This document shows, piece by piece, positions 10,205 through 18,181 of a DNA stretch of 53,134 nucleotides. The position numbers were made by a program, and so were the translations under genes. The stretch is from positions 1-53,134 of the forward strand of contig JBOGJT010000038.1 in assembly GCA_050745065.1 (NCBI GenBank), written 5' to 3'. The notes beneath the pieces are model-generated. The model was not told the origin of the DNA, ran no database searches, and saw nothing but the letters and a program-made list of their open reading frames with translations. This DNA is from Terriglobia bacterium. Lineage in GTDB: Bacteria; Acidobacteriota; Terriglobia; UBA7540. How positions within the stretch are numbered: the first letter of the stretch is position 1; every line of letters begins with the position of its first letter.

Positions 10205-10843
10205 ATGATCAGAGTCCTCATCGCTGCTGAATCTGAGATGGTGCGCAGAGGCTTGGAATCCATTCTCATCGACGCGCCTTCGATAGAGGTCGTCGCCTCG
10301 GTGAACCATGTTGCCGGCCTCCGCCGTGAAGTCCAAAACGCCGTCCCGGACGTTGTTGTGGCCGCGGGGCAATCGAGCGCGGACCCATGGCTCAGGGAAT
10401 TGTCGCTGAGCGTGGATGAGACAGCGGCATCGCCGGGCGTTGTTATTCTCACTTCCGACCCTGCCGCGGGTTCCCTCCGCGACCAGAATCGGTTTGCCGT
10501 GACCGCACTTCTGCCGCTTGACGCGACCTCAGAGCAAGTTCGCGCATCTGTTAACGCAGTGGCTGAGGGACTCACGGTGGTGCATCCAGCGATGATGGCG
10601 CCCGAGGCGGACGGCTTGGCCCTACGCCATCGCGACGGCCCCGCTCCGCAATTGACGGCGCGTGAGCGCGAAGTGCTCGCGATGCTCGCCGACGGGCTCG
10701 GCAATAAGGAAATTGCGTGGCGCTTAAAGATCTCCGAGCACACGGTAAAGTTTCACGTGAGTTCCGTCTTTACCAAGCTCGACGTTTCTTCGCGCGCCGA
10801 AGCCGTCACGCTGGGCTTTCGCCTTGGTTTGATTCTGATTTAG
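10205..10843 (+). CDS. NarL/LuxR-family response regulator with atypical receiver domain
   Basis: C-terminal LTAREREVL...GLGNKEIA..LKISEHTVKFHVSSVFTKL HTH. Receiver-like N-terminus MIRVLIA. Confidence 0.88.
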   Translation: MIRVLIAAESEMVRRGLESILIDAPSIEVVASVNHVAGLRREVQNAVPDVVVAAGQSSADPWLRELSLSVDETAASPGVVILTSDPAAGSLRDQNRFAVTALLPLDATSEQVRASVNAVAEGLTVVHPAMMAPEADGLALRHRDGPAPQLTAREREVLAMLADGLGNKEIAWRLKISEHTVKFHVSSVFTKLDVSSRAEAVTLGFRLGLILI

Positions 10844-10846
10844 CGG

Positions 10847-10975
10847 GTTGCTGAAAAACTCCGAAAGAATGTCATTCTGAGGAGCCGACGGTGGTCCTGA
10901 GTGAAGCGAAGGAAGAATCTCGCAAGTCGTTGGTTCGAAAAAAACAGCGGATTCTTCGCTTCGCTCAGAATGACA
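10847..10975. repeat. Dispersed palindromic element (TGTCATTCTGAG...CTCAGAATGACA family)
   Basis: Internal inverted repeat. 10847-10888 matches the reverse complement of 51941-51982 at 38/42 nt. Confidence 0.8.
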
Positions 10976-11011
10976 TGTCGCTTCGCGACACCCCGAAGGA
11001 TGAAAATGGGG

Positions 11012-11070
11012 CGTAGGGGCGCGGCTTGCCGTGCCCACCGCGTAAGGGCGCAGCAAGCCGCGCCCCTACG
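11012..11070. repeat. GTAG-type REP doublet
   Basis: CGTAGGGGCGCGGCTTGCCGTGCCC is inverted against GGGCGCAGCAAGCCGCGCCCCTACG. Confidence 0.85.
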
Positions 11071-11116
11071 GCAGCCTGTCAGCGGGCGAATTGCAGCCGC
11101 CGCTTGGGAAGGAGAG

Positions 11117-12142
11117 ATGATGAATTTCATTCTGCAAAATCTTACATACTCGGGTCCAACGATTCCGCCCGCGGCAAGCGCGGATCCCAGCGTGGACGGC
11201 GGCCTGCTCGACGCCTACTCGCAAGCCGTGATTCACGCTGCCGAACGCGTGAGTCCGTCCGTGGTGAATATCCACGTTACGTATCAGCCGAAAGGAAGAA
11301 GGCCGGACCGCGACCCGCAAGGCAGCGGCTCCGGCTTTATTTTCACCCCGGATGGTTTTATTCTCACGAACAGCCACGTCGCTCACGGGGCGGATAAGAT
11401 AGAAGTAGCGCTAGCGGGCGGCGGCAATCACAGGGCAGAGCTCGTGGGCGACGACCCTCACACGGATTTAGCCGTGCTTCGCATCAGCGCGCCGAACCTC
11501 GTTCCGGCGCCTTTGGGCAACTCTCAGCCGTTACGCGCGGGGCAGCTTGTGATCGCCATCGGGAATCCCTACGGCTTTGAGTGCACGGTCACCGCGGGAG
11601 TGGTGAGCGGGCTGGGGCGGAGCCTGCGGGCTCGCTCCGGCCGCTTGATTGATAACATCATCCAGACGGATGCGGCTCTTAACCCGGGCAACTCCGGCGG
11701 GCCGCTGGTAAACTCCCGCGGCGAGGTGATTGGCGTCAACACCGCGATCATTCGTCCCGCGCAAGGCATCTGCTTTGCCATCGCTATCAACACGGCAACG
11801 TTTATCGCGGGACGGCTCATCAAAGACGGCAGAATCAAACGCAGCTATATCGGCGTGGCCGGCCAGGACGTCCCTTTGCAGCGCCGCCTCGTCCGCTTGC
11901 ACGATCTGCCGGTGGAGAGCGGCGTGCTCGTGACCTCGCTTGAACCCGCCAGCGCTGCCGCGCGCGCGGGGCTGCGGGAAGGCGACATTATTGTCGGCTA
12001 CGCGGCGCAGCCCATCAGGGGGATCGACGATCTGCACCGCCTGCTCACGGACAGCAGGGTGGGCGTTAGCGCGCCATTGACCATTTTGCGCAACCAGGCG
12101 AAGCAGACGATCGGTATTGTTCCCGCCGAAGCGCCAGCCTAG
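11117..12142 (+). CDS. HtrA/DegP-like S1C serine protease with PDZ domain
   Basis: GSGSGFIFTPDGFILTNSHV, DLAVL, IQTDAALNPGNSGGPL. SD AAGGAG before ATG 11117. Confidence 0.93.
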   Translation: MMNFILQNLTYSGPTIPPAASADPSVDGGLLDAYSQAVIHAAERVSPSVVNIHVTYQPKGRRPDRDPQGSGSGFIFTPDGFILTNSHVAHGADKIEVALAGGGNHRAELVGDDPHTDLAVLRISAPNLVPAPLGNSQPLRAGQLVIAIGNPYGFECTVTAGVVSGLGRSLRARSGRLIDNIIQTDAALNPGNSGGPLVNSRGEVIGVNTAIIRPAQGICFAIAINTATFIAGRLIKDGRIKRSYIGVAGQDVPLQRRLVRLHDLPVESGVLVTSLEPASAAARAGLREGDIIVGYAAQPIRGIDDLHRLLTDSRVGVSAPLTILRNQAKQTIGIVPAEAPA

Positions 12143-12164
12143 GCCATCAATCCTCTGATTTGTA

Positions 12165-12193
12165 TTGACAAAACGGCGTTGAACGGGCAGAAT
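12165..12193 (+). promoter_or_regulatory. Putative sigma70 promoter of leader peptide/sulfite reductase transcript
   Basis: TTGACA (12165-12170), 17-bp spacer, CAGAAT (12188-12193). The leader ATG follows after 7 nt. Confidence 0.75.
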
Positions 12194-12200
12194 AGCGAAG

Positions 12201-12278
12201 ATGGCTCGCACGCACAGCGCGATGATGCAAGGCCGGGGCTGTTGTTGTACCCGCTGCACATCCCTGGCTGTGGGCTGA
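12201..12278 (+). CDS. Cys-rich leader peptide MARTHSAMMQGRGCCCTRCTSLAVG (25 aa), probably leaderless
   Basis: Translated by hand. TGT-TGT-TGT at 12240-12248 and TGC at 12255-12257. No SD. Sits directly upstream of a sulfite reductase. Confidence 0.8.
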   Translation: MARTHSAMMQGRGCCCTRCTSLAVG

Positions 12279-12310
12279 CACGAGACGGACATTCGTGATC
12301 GAGTAGTTAG

Positions 12311-12352
12311 AACCCATTGCCGGGGCGATTGAACCCTGGGAATGGGTTTTTT
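12311..12352 (+). terminator. Intrinsic terminator (attenuator) preceding sulfite reductase
   Basis: Stem AACCCATT-G-CCGGGG / CCCTGG-G-AATGGGTT with an 8-nt loop. T run at 12347-12352, then GTTGTT. Confidence 0.85.
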
Positions 12353-12368
12353 GTTGTTCGGAGGCTTA

Positions 12369-14084
12369 GTGGAACCGGGGAAAGCTGTTCCTGCCAAGGA
12401 AACCAAAGCGCAGCGCGCGGAGCGCCTGAAGGCGGCGAAGAATCCCTGGGAGAGTTTTGCCGAAATCGAGGAATTCGCCCGAAGGGGATATGAGTCAATT
12501 TCATCTGACTGGTTAAAGACTTATTTCCGTTGGTGGGGCGTCTACACGCAAGGGGACGGCGCGGGCGTGCTGGGCGGCAAGGGCGGCGAGGGCAATGCTA
12601 CTCCGTATTTTATGCTGCGCATCCGCATCCCGAACGGGTTCCTCCGCAGCCATCAGCTCCGCGTGGTCGCGGGCATCGCCGAAAAGTATACGCGCGGGTT
12701 TGCCGACCTCACCGTGCGCCAAAATATCCAGCTTCACTGGATCACCATCGAGACGCTTCCGGAAATTCTCAGGATGCTCAACGAGTGCGGCTTGATGACC
12801 AAAGCCGCATGCGGCGACGACGCACGCAACATCACGGGCTGCCCCATCGCGGGAATTGACGGTGCGGAGCTTCTGGACGCATCGCCCGTAGTCTTTGACG
12901 CGCAGAAGATGCTCGTAGGGCCGCGTGAATTCTATAACCTGCCGCGCAAATTCAAGGTGTGCGCCACCGGCTGCCCCGTGTGGTGCTCGTATCCGGAAAT
13001 TAATGACGTGGGCCTTACAGCCACCCGGCGGCTGGTGAACGGACGCCGCGAGACGGGCTTTTCTGTACGCGTGGGGGGCGGCCTTTCGTCACAGCCGCAC
13101 TTCGCCGTGCGTCTGCCCGCGTTCGTGCGCTGGGACCAGGCGCTGCCCGTGATCAAAGGCGTGGCGGAAATCTTCCGCGACTCGGATTGCCTGCGTGAGA
13201 GCCGCGAGCGCGCGCGTTTGAAATACCTATTCATGCGCCACGGGTGGACGGCGGAATCGTTCCTCACAGCCTTGGAGGAGCGCATCGGCTTCCGGCTGGA
13301 TCCGCCCGAGGACGACAACGCGCCCAGCGACGCTTTCCGCGACCACGTGGGTCTTTTCCCGCAGAAGCAGCCGGGCCGCTACTACGCGGGAGTGTCGGTG
13401 CTGCGCGGGCGCATCACCGCAGCGCAATTGGCCGCGGCGGCGGACCTTGCCGAACAGCACGCCAGCGCCGAGCTGCGCATTACCGGGATGCAGAACCTCA
13501 TCGTGGTGAACGTGCCGAAGCAAAACGTCGACCCTTTGATCGCCGGGCTTGAGCGCGCCGGCCTCCCACTCTCAGCTTCCACTTTCCGGCGCGGCGCCGT
13601 TACTTGCACGGGCACGGAGTTCTGCAAGCTGGCCATCACCGAGACTAAAAACTTCACCGGCTGGCTGGTTGATGAGCTCGACCGGCGGCTGCCGGCTTTC
13701 AATCAACATCTGAAGATTGACGTGAATGGCTGCCCCAACGGCTGCGGACAGCACTGGATTGCCGATATCGGACTTGAAGGCAAGCGCATTAAAGTCGAGG
13801 GAAAAATGGTTGAGGCGTATTACTTTGGCCTCGGCGGCGCGGTCGGCAAGCATCAGGGATTCTCAAGACAGGTCGGCTACCGCTGCCCGGCGAGCGAGGT
13901 CCCAGCGGCCATCGAGCGCCTGCTCTACGCCTATCTCGGAGAGCGAGAGGAGGGCGAAAACTTTCGCGCCTTCTCCGCCCGTATGACGGACGAAGACCTG
14001 CGCGCCCTTCTGTCCGGAGCCCCCCTACCTTCTTTCGATGCCGACGCCACGGCCCCCGCCTTCGCAGGCGCGGATGGGTGCTGA
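12369..14084 (+). CDS. sir: Siroheme/[4Fe-4S] nitrite/sulfite reductase, most likely assimilatory sulfite reductase
   Basis: FMLRIRIPNG, TVRQNIQLH, CGDDARN, NLPRKFK, CTGTEFC and NGCPNGC cofactor cysteines. GTG start 12369 after GGAGG. Sulfite specificity is inferred from the Cys leader. Confidence 0.88.
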   Translation: MEPGKAVPAKETKAQRAERLKAAKNPWESFAEIEEFARRGYESISSDWLKTYFRWWGVYTQGDGAGVLGGKGGEGNATPYFMLRIRIPNGFLRSHQLRVVAGIAEKYTRGFADLTVRQNIQLHWITIETLPEILRMLNECGLMTKAACGDDARNITGCPIAGIDGAELLDASPVVFDAQKMLVGPREFYNLPRKFKVCATGCPVWCSYPEINDVGLTATRRLVNGRRETGFSVRVGGGLSSQPHFAVRLPAFVRWDQALPVIKGVAEIFRDSDCLRESRERARLKYLFMRHGWTAESFLTALEERIGFRLDPPEDDNAPSDAFRDHVGLFPQKQPGRYYAGVSVLRGRITAAQLAAAADLAEQHASAELRITGMQNLIVVNVPKQNVDPLIAGLERAGLPLSASTFRRGAVTCTGTEFCKLAITETKNFTGWLVDELDRRLPAFNQHLKIDVNGCPNGCGQHWIADIGLEGKRIKVEGKMVEAYYFGLGGAVGKHQGFSRQVGYRCPASEVPAAIERLLYAYLGEREEGENFRAFSARMTDEDLRALLSGAPLPSFDADATAPAFAGADGC

Positions 14085-14368
14085 TCGTTACCACTCGTCC
14101 GTGAGCGGCTCCATCAACCCCCCGAAACCGTAAACCAAAGGCCATTGCTGGAGCGGGCTCCCCGTCCGCGATCATAACAGCGCTCTGCACGATGTCTCGC
14201 CTTATTACGCCCACGAGGCCGCGCCGCATTTCCAACCGCGCCTGACGCGTTCGTCTCCTTCGTCATCGTCCAGCGGACTATCCCGGGATATACTGAAACT
14301 CGCCGCGCGCTCCCGGTTTTTAACGACCGGCAGAACATTGGCAGTGCGCTGGTATATGAGAGGATCGA

Positions 14369-14980
14369 ATGGCCACGATTACCACGATTTTTTCCGATGT
14401 AGGAGGAGTCCTCGGTACAAATGGCTGGGACCGTCCCGCGCGGCAGCGCGCCGCGGAAGCCTTCAAGGTGGACTGGCTCGATTTTGAGGACAGGCACGAA
14501 CTCGTCGTCAACGCCTTTGAAACGGGGCGCCTCAGCCTCGACGGCTACCTCAACCGGACGCTGTTCTACCGGCCGCGCGATTTTTCCAAGCAGCGATTTC
14601 AGCAATATATGTTCGACCAATCAAAACCATTTCCGGAATCGCTGGACTTTTATCGCCGTCTGGCGGAATCGGGGCGGTTTCTCATGGCGGCGCTGAACAA
14701 CGAATCGCTCGAGATGAACCTCTGGCGCATCGAGCAATTTGGGCTGCGTAAATACTTCTCCGTATTTTTCAGCTCGTGCTTCCTCGGCATCAAGAAGCCG
14801 CACGAGGATATTTACAACATGGCGTTGAAGCTGACGCAGCGGAAGGCCGAAGAGTGCCTGTTCGTTGACGACCGGCTGGTAAACGTTGAGGGCGCCCGCG
14901 AGTGCCACATGCAGGCGATCCACTCCCAGGATCCCAGGCAATTGGAAAGCCAGATGCAAGGGATAGGCGTGCGCACTTAG
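14369..14980 (+). CDS. HAD-superfamily phosphatase
   Basis: FSDVGGVL motif I, KKP, LFVDDRLVNV motif IV. Confidence 0.88.
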   Translation: MATITTIFSDVGGVLGTNGWDRPARQRAAEAFKVDWLDFEDRHELVVNAFETGRLSLDGYLNRTLFYRPRDFSKQRFQQYMFDQSKPFPESLDFYRRLAESGRFLMAALNNESLEMNLWRIEQFGLRKYFSVFFSSCFLGIKKPHEDIYNMALKLTQRKAEECLFVDDRLVNVEGARECHMQAIHSQDPRQLESQMQGIGVRT

Positions 14981-15023
14981 GCTGGCGTGGAATTGAAGGC
15001 GTTCTCCGCGCCGCCGCTGAAGA

Positions 15024-15536
15024 TCACATAATATTCAGGCGCAGAATGCGCTCCACGATATCCGCCGGATCCGACCCGCCGGTTGCGACGCGAAAATCGG
15101 CAAGCTGATAGTACGGCACGCGCTGGTGAAAGAGTTGAGCGAAGCTTTCCGGGCTGCGAAAGAGGGGCCGGTTGCCAATCCCTTCGCACCTCCGCCTCAG
15201 CTCCTCCAGGCTGCAGTCAAGCCAGACCGTTGTGCCGCCCACGCTGCGGATGAAGTCGATATTGGGCTGCTGAACCCACGTGCCGCCGCCCAGCGCAATC
15301 ACCGCCGGCTCCGTTTTTGAAGCCTCGGTGAGCGCCGCGCGTTCAATTTGCCGGAAGAATGGCTCGCCGTCGCGCTCGAAAATCTCGCGGATGGTGACGC
15401 CCTGGCCAGCTTCGATAGTGGCATCAAGGTCGATGAACGGCCACGCGGCTTCGCGCGCGAGCAACTTCCCCACCGTGGACTTGCCGCAGCCCATAAACCC
15501 CAGGAGATAAACCAGTCTTCTGCGATGGCGCGTCAT
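15024..15536 (-). CDS. aroK: Shikimate kinase
   Basis: GFMGCGKSTVG P-loop, FIDLD, GEPFFRQIE, VIALGGG, RPL. Confidence 0.94.
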   Translation of the reverse strand: MTRHRRRLVYLLGFMGCGKSTVGKLLAREAAWPFIDLDATIEAGQGVTIREIFERDGEPFFRQIERAALTEASKTEPAVIALGGGTWVQQPNIDFIRSVGGTTVWLDCSLEELRRRCEGIGNRPLFRSPESFAQLFHQRVPYYQLADFRVATGGSDPADIVERILRLNIM

Positions 15537-15747
15537 CGTCTCCTCGCTGCTTGGGGGCTTGGGTTTAGCCCGGATATTTCACCACTCGGGGCGGCCTCAC
15601 TGGTGAGAAGTTCCGGTTAGATTATAGGAAGCCCTGCGGAAGTTGACAACCCTTGAAAGGGGATGCGGCGCTCCACGCGCCAAACGGGGCGGGAAAAAAC
15701 TGGGGCCAGCGGTTCAAGGCAGCCCGTTACAGCGAGTGGGGACCTGT

Positions 15748-16635
15748 CTATTGCTGGGGCTGAGGGGTGATCCGAATGGTGCCCCTGAACGAGGTGAGCT
15801 CCAGTGTTGCGGTGCCCTGGTTATGCATGCCGAACAACGCCGTTCCGTACGACGAAACGGAAGGGTGATGATTTCTTCTGACCAGCTTTAGCTGGTTGTC
15901 GAGCTTGCCGTGAACCGAGCGGGCGTTGAGCTCAAATGACGAAGACGGAGGGCAGACAAAATCGATGTCGCCATTATAGGTGGACATCACGTAGTCGCCC
16001 GCCGGTACCAGTTTGCCCTGATACGAAATCTGCCCGGAGGTGGTGCTGGCGTGGATTTGCGAGCTGGTCGGAGAAACGAACTTGAGGTTGCCGGTAACCG
16101 AAGACGCTTCAATATAGCCTGACGCGCGGTCGATTTCAATCTGGCCGCCGAGGGAGTGGGCGATGATCTGGCCGCTCGCGTCCGAGATATAAATGTTCCC
16201 GCCGACGGACTGCACCCAGGTGTCACCGCTCAAACTATCGATTCGGACGCTCCCCTGTGGGTTGCGGATTTCGAGGCTCGATCCCATGGGCACGTCAAGC
16301 GTGTAATCCACCTTGGCATTGGCGCCCTGAAGGCTGCGGTCCAGCAGGTGTGTGGCGAGTTGTATCTTCTCGGCCTCTCCCTGCGAGGGCACTTGCTCCG
16401 TGTCGATCTCGATATGCGGAGAAGCAATCCCGTAAATGGCGTCAACTTGAGGGCGGTCCCAACCCCGTATGATGACGGTTCCCGTGAGATTGGTCACGCT
16501 GATGCGAGGCGCACGGGTGGTATAAAAAGTGGCCGTGCGCTGAAATGGCCCCGAGGCCAGGGCCGCAGCCGGCGCGACTGCCACCAGAAGGATGAGGCAT
16601 AAGCTGCCTTTGCTGGATAAGTGTGCTTTGATCAT
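15748..16635 (-). CDS. Exported beta-strand repeat protein (DUF4097/adhesin-like)
   Basis: Signal peptide-like N-terminus and repeated S/T-x-x-G-x-I units. Located in an ECF operon. Confidence 0.75.
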   Translation of the reverse strand: MIKAHLSSKGSLCLILLVAVAPAAALASGPFQRTATFYTTRAPRISVTNLTGTVIIRGWDRPQVDAIYGIASPHIEIDTEQVPSQGEAEKIQLATHLLDRSLQGANAKVDYTLDVPMGSSLEIRNPQGSVRIDSLSGDTWVQSVGGNIYISDASGQIIAHSLGGQIEIDRASGYIEASSVTGNLKFVSPTSSQIHASTTSGQISYQGKLVPAGDYVMSTYNGDIDFVCPPSSSFELNARSVHGKLDNQLKLVRRNHHPSVSSYGTALFGMHNQGTATLELTSFRGTIRITPQPQQ

Positions 16636-16657
16636 GATAGGGTTGTCCGAGTCCTGG

Positions 16658-17404
16658 TTATCGCAGATTGTATTCAAGCGCGGTCTGAAGCACCCGAGCC
16701 TTCTGAACATACGCGTCCGAAAGATAATCCTGCGTTAATCCATCTTCTGGCTGTTGCTTCATTGCAGCGCGGCACTCTTGAATTTCGCCGTTTAACGAGT
16801 CAAGGCTTTTCTGGTACGTTTCCCGCATCGAAGGCTCAAGCGACGCCTGATTCGCACGGTAGGCCTCATCGAGTTGGCGAATGGTCAGGCGCAAACTGGC
16901 AATATCCTGCGGCGCGACGTCGCTCTGCATGAACGCCGCCGGGTGCAGCGTATTGACGGATTGCATAGGCGAACGAACGAGGTACCCGGGCGCCTTGAAT
17001 AAGACGACCGACGCGACGAGCACCGCCGCGGCGGCTGCGATGGGGGCCGGATAGCGCAGGAAGCCTGTCAGCTTCCACGGGAACCACCCGTCAGCGAAGC
17101 CTGCCGGGGCCGGTTTGGCGCCAACCGGCCGCCGGATAATCTTTTCTTCGATCAAGACAGCCCGCACGCTCGTCCATACTCTGGCCGGAGGCTCATCAAC
17201 GCCGGGGGCAGAACCGGCTTGCCGGACGTTTTCGATATCGGCTAACAGGCAGCGGCAGTATTCGCACTCCGCCGCATGGCCAGCAGCATCGGCGGGGCTA
17301 TCGCCTTCCAGATAGGCGAGGAGATCCGCCCGGAATTTAAGACAGCTCTCGCCTACCGGTACTGCGCCGGGACCTGCGTTATTCACGGTATTTCCCTCAT
17401 GCAC
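16658..17404 (-). CDS. Transmembrane anti-sigma factor (zinc-binding ZAS type)
   Basis: HAAECEYC (HxxxCxxC) and a single TM helix. Directly downstream of the ECF sigma. Confidence 0.8.
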   Translation of the reverse strand: MHEGNTVNNAGPGAVPVGESCLKFRADLLAYLEGDSPADAAGHAAECEYCRCLLADIENVRQAGSAPGVDEPPARVWTSVRAVLIEEKIIRRPVGAKPAPAGFADGWFPWKLTGFLRYPAPIAAAAAVLVASVVLFKAPGYLVRSPMQSVNTLHPAAFMQSDVAPQDIASLRLTIRQLDEAYRANQASLEPSMRETYQKSLDSLNGEIQECRAAMKQQPEDGLTQDYLSDAYVQKARVLQTALEYNLR

Positions 17405-17412
17405 CTCAAGAT

Positions 17413-18027
17413 TTACCGCTGGTCGTGGGCAACGCCTACCAGCCTTTTTTCGTCGCGCCGCAGCGCTTCCCGCAGCTTCAGGCGCGCCTTGTGAAGCTGT
17501 GACTTGGAATTACCCACCGAGCAATTCATAATGCGGGCGATCTCGTTATGCTCATAACCTTCAACGTCGTGGAGAACGAATATGGCCCTATAGCCAGGCG
17601 GAAGCTCTTCAATCGCGTTGTTGAGCACGATCCGGTCAATGGATCCCAGCAGCCGCCGGTCGTCTTCGCCGTACTCGCGCTTGACCGGTTCTTCCTGTGA
17701 ATTATCCACCTCGTCCAGCGAAACCTTCTGAATGCCCTTCTTCCGTAACCGCATCAAAACCACGTTGACCACCAGCCGGTGCAGCCAGGTGGAAAACGCC
17801 GATTCACCCCGAAAGGTGGAAATCTTGCGAAAAAGCTGAAGGAAGGCCTCTTGCGTGAGGTCCTCGGCTTCCGCGGTATCACCCGTCATGCGCAGGCAAA
17901 GCGAATAAACGCGCCGTTTGTGCTGCTCAAACAGTGAGGCGAATGCATCTTCGTCGCCGCGCTGTGCGCGCGCGAGAAGCTGGCTCTGCTCCTCCGGCTT
18001 GGAAGGTGCGTTCTGCTCTTCTGCCAA
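17413..18027 (-). CDS. ECF-family RNA polymerase sigma factor
   Basis: [45 protein letters not shown]. Confidence 0.94.
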   Translation of the reverse strand: MAEEQNAPSKPEEQSQLLARAQRGDEDAFASLFEQHKRRVYSLCLRMTGDTAEAEDLTQEAFLQLFRKISTFRGESAFSTWLHRLVVNVVLMRLRKKGIQKVSLDEVDNSQEEPVKREYGEDDRRLLGSIDRIVLNNAIEELPPGYRAIFVLHDVEGYEHNEIARIMNCSVGNSKSQLHKARLKLREALRRDEKRLVGVAHDQR

Positions 18028-18181
18028 ATGACGTTATTCGACGCCGCACGTTCCTGCCTAGGTTTGTGATGCGGCGCCCCTGTTGCGAGTTGTACTGACG
18101 GACGCGGGGTGAACCCCGCCAAATAGCTGCTCGTGCTGGAAAAACCGGGTACCCGGGGATCCCTTAACCATCATGGCAGGG

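Noticed and set aside
10901..11116. N-terminal extension of the second HtrA ORF
   Set aside because: It is translated repeat DNA (palindromic elements). The SD-led ATG is at 11117.
12342..12368. ORF-track ATG start (12342) for the sulfite reductase
   Set aside because: It lies inside the terminator stem with no SD. GTG at 12369 follows GGAGG.
14085..14368. Possible small gene or RNA between the sulfite reductase and the HAD gene
   Set aside because: No convincing SD-led ORF, terminator or recognisable RNA motif.
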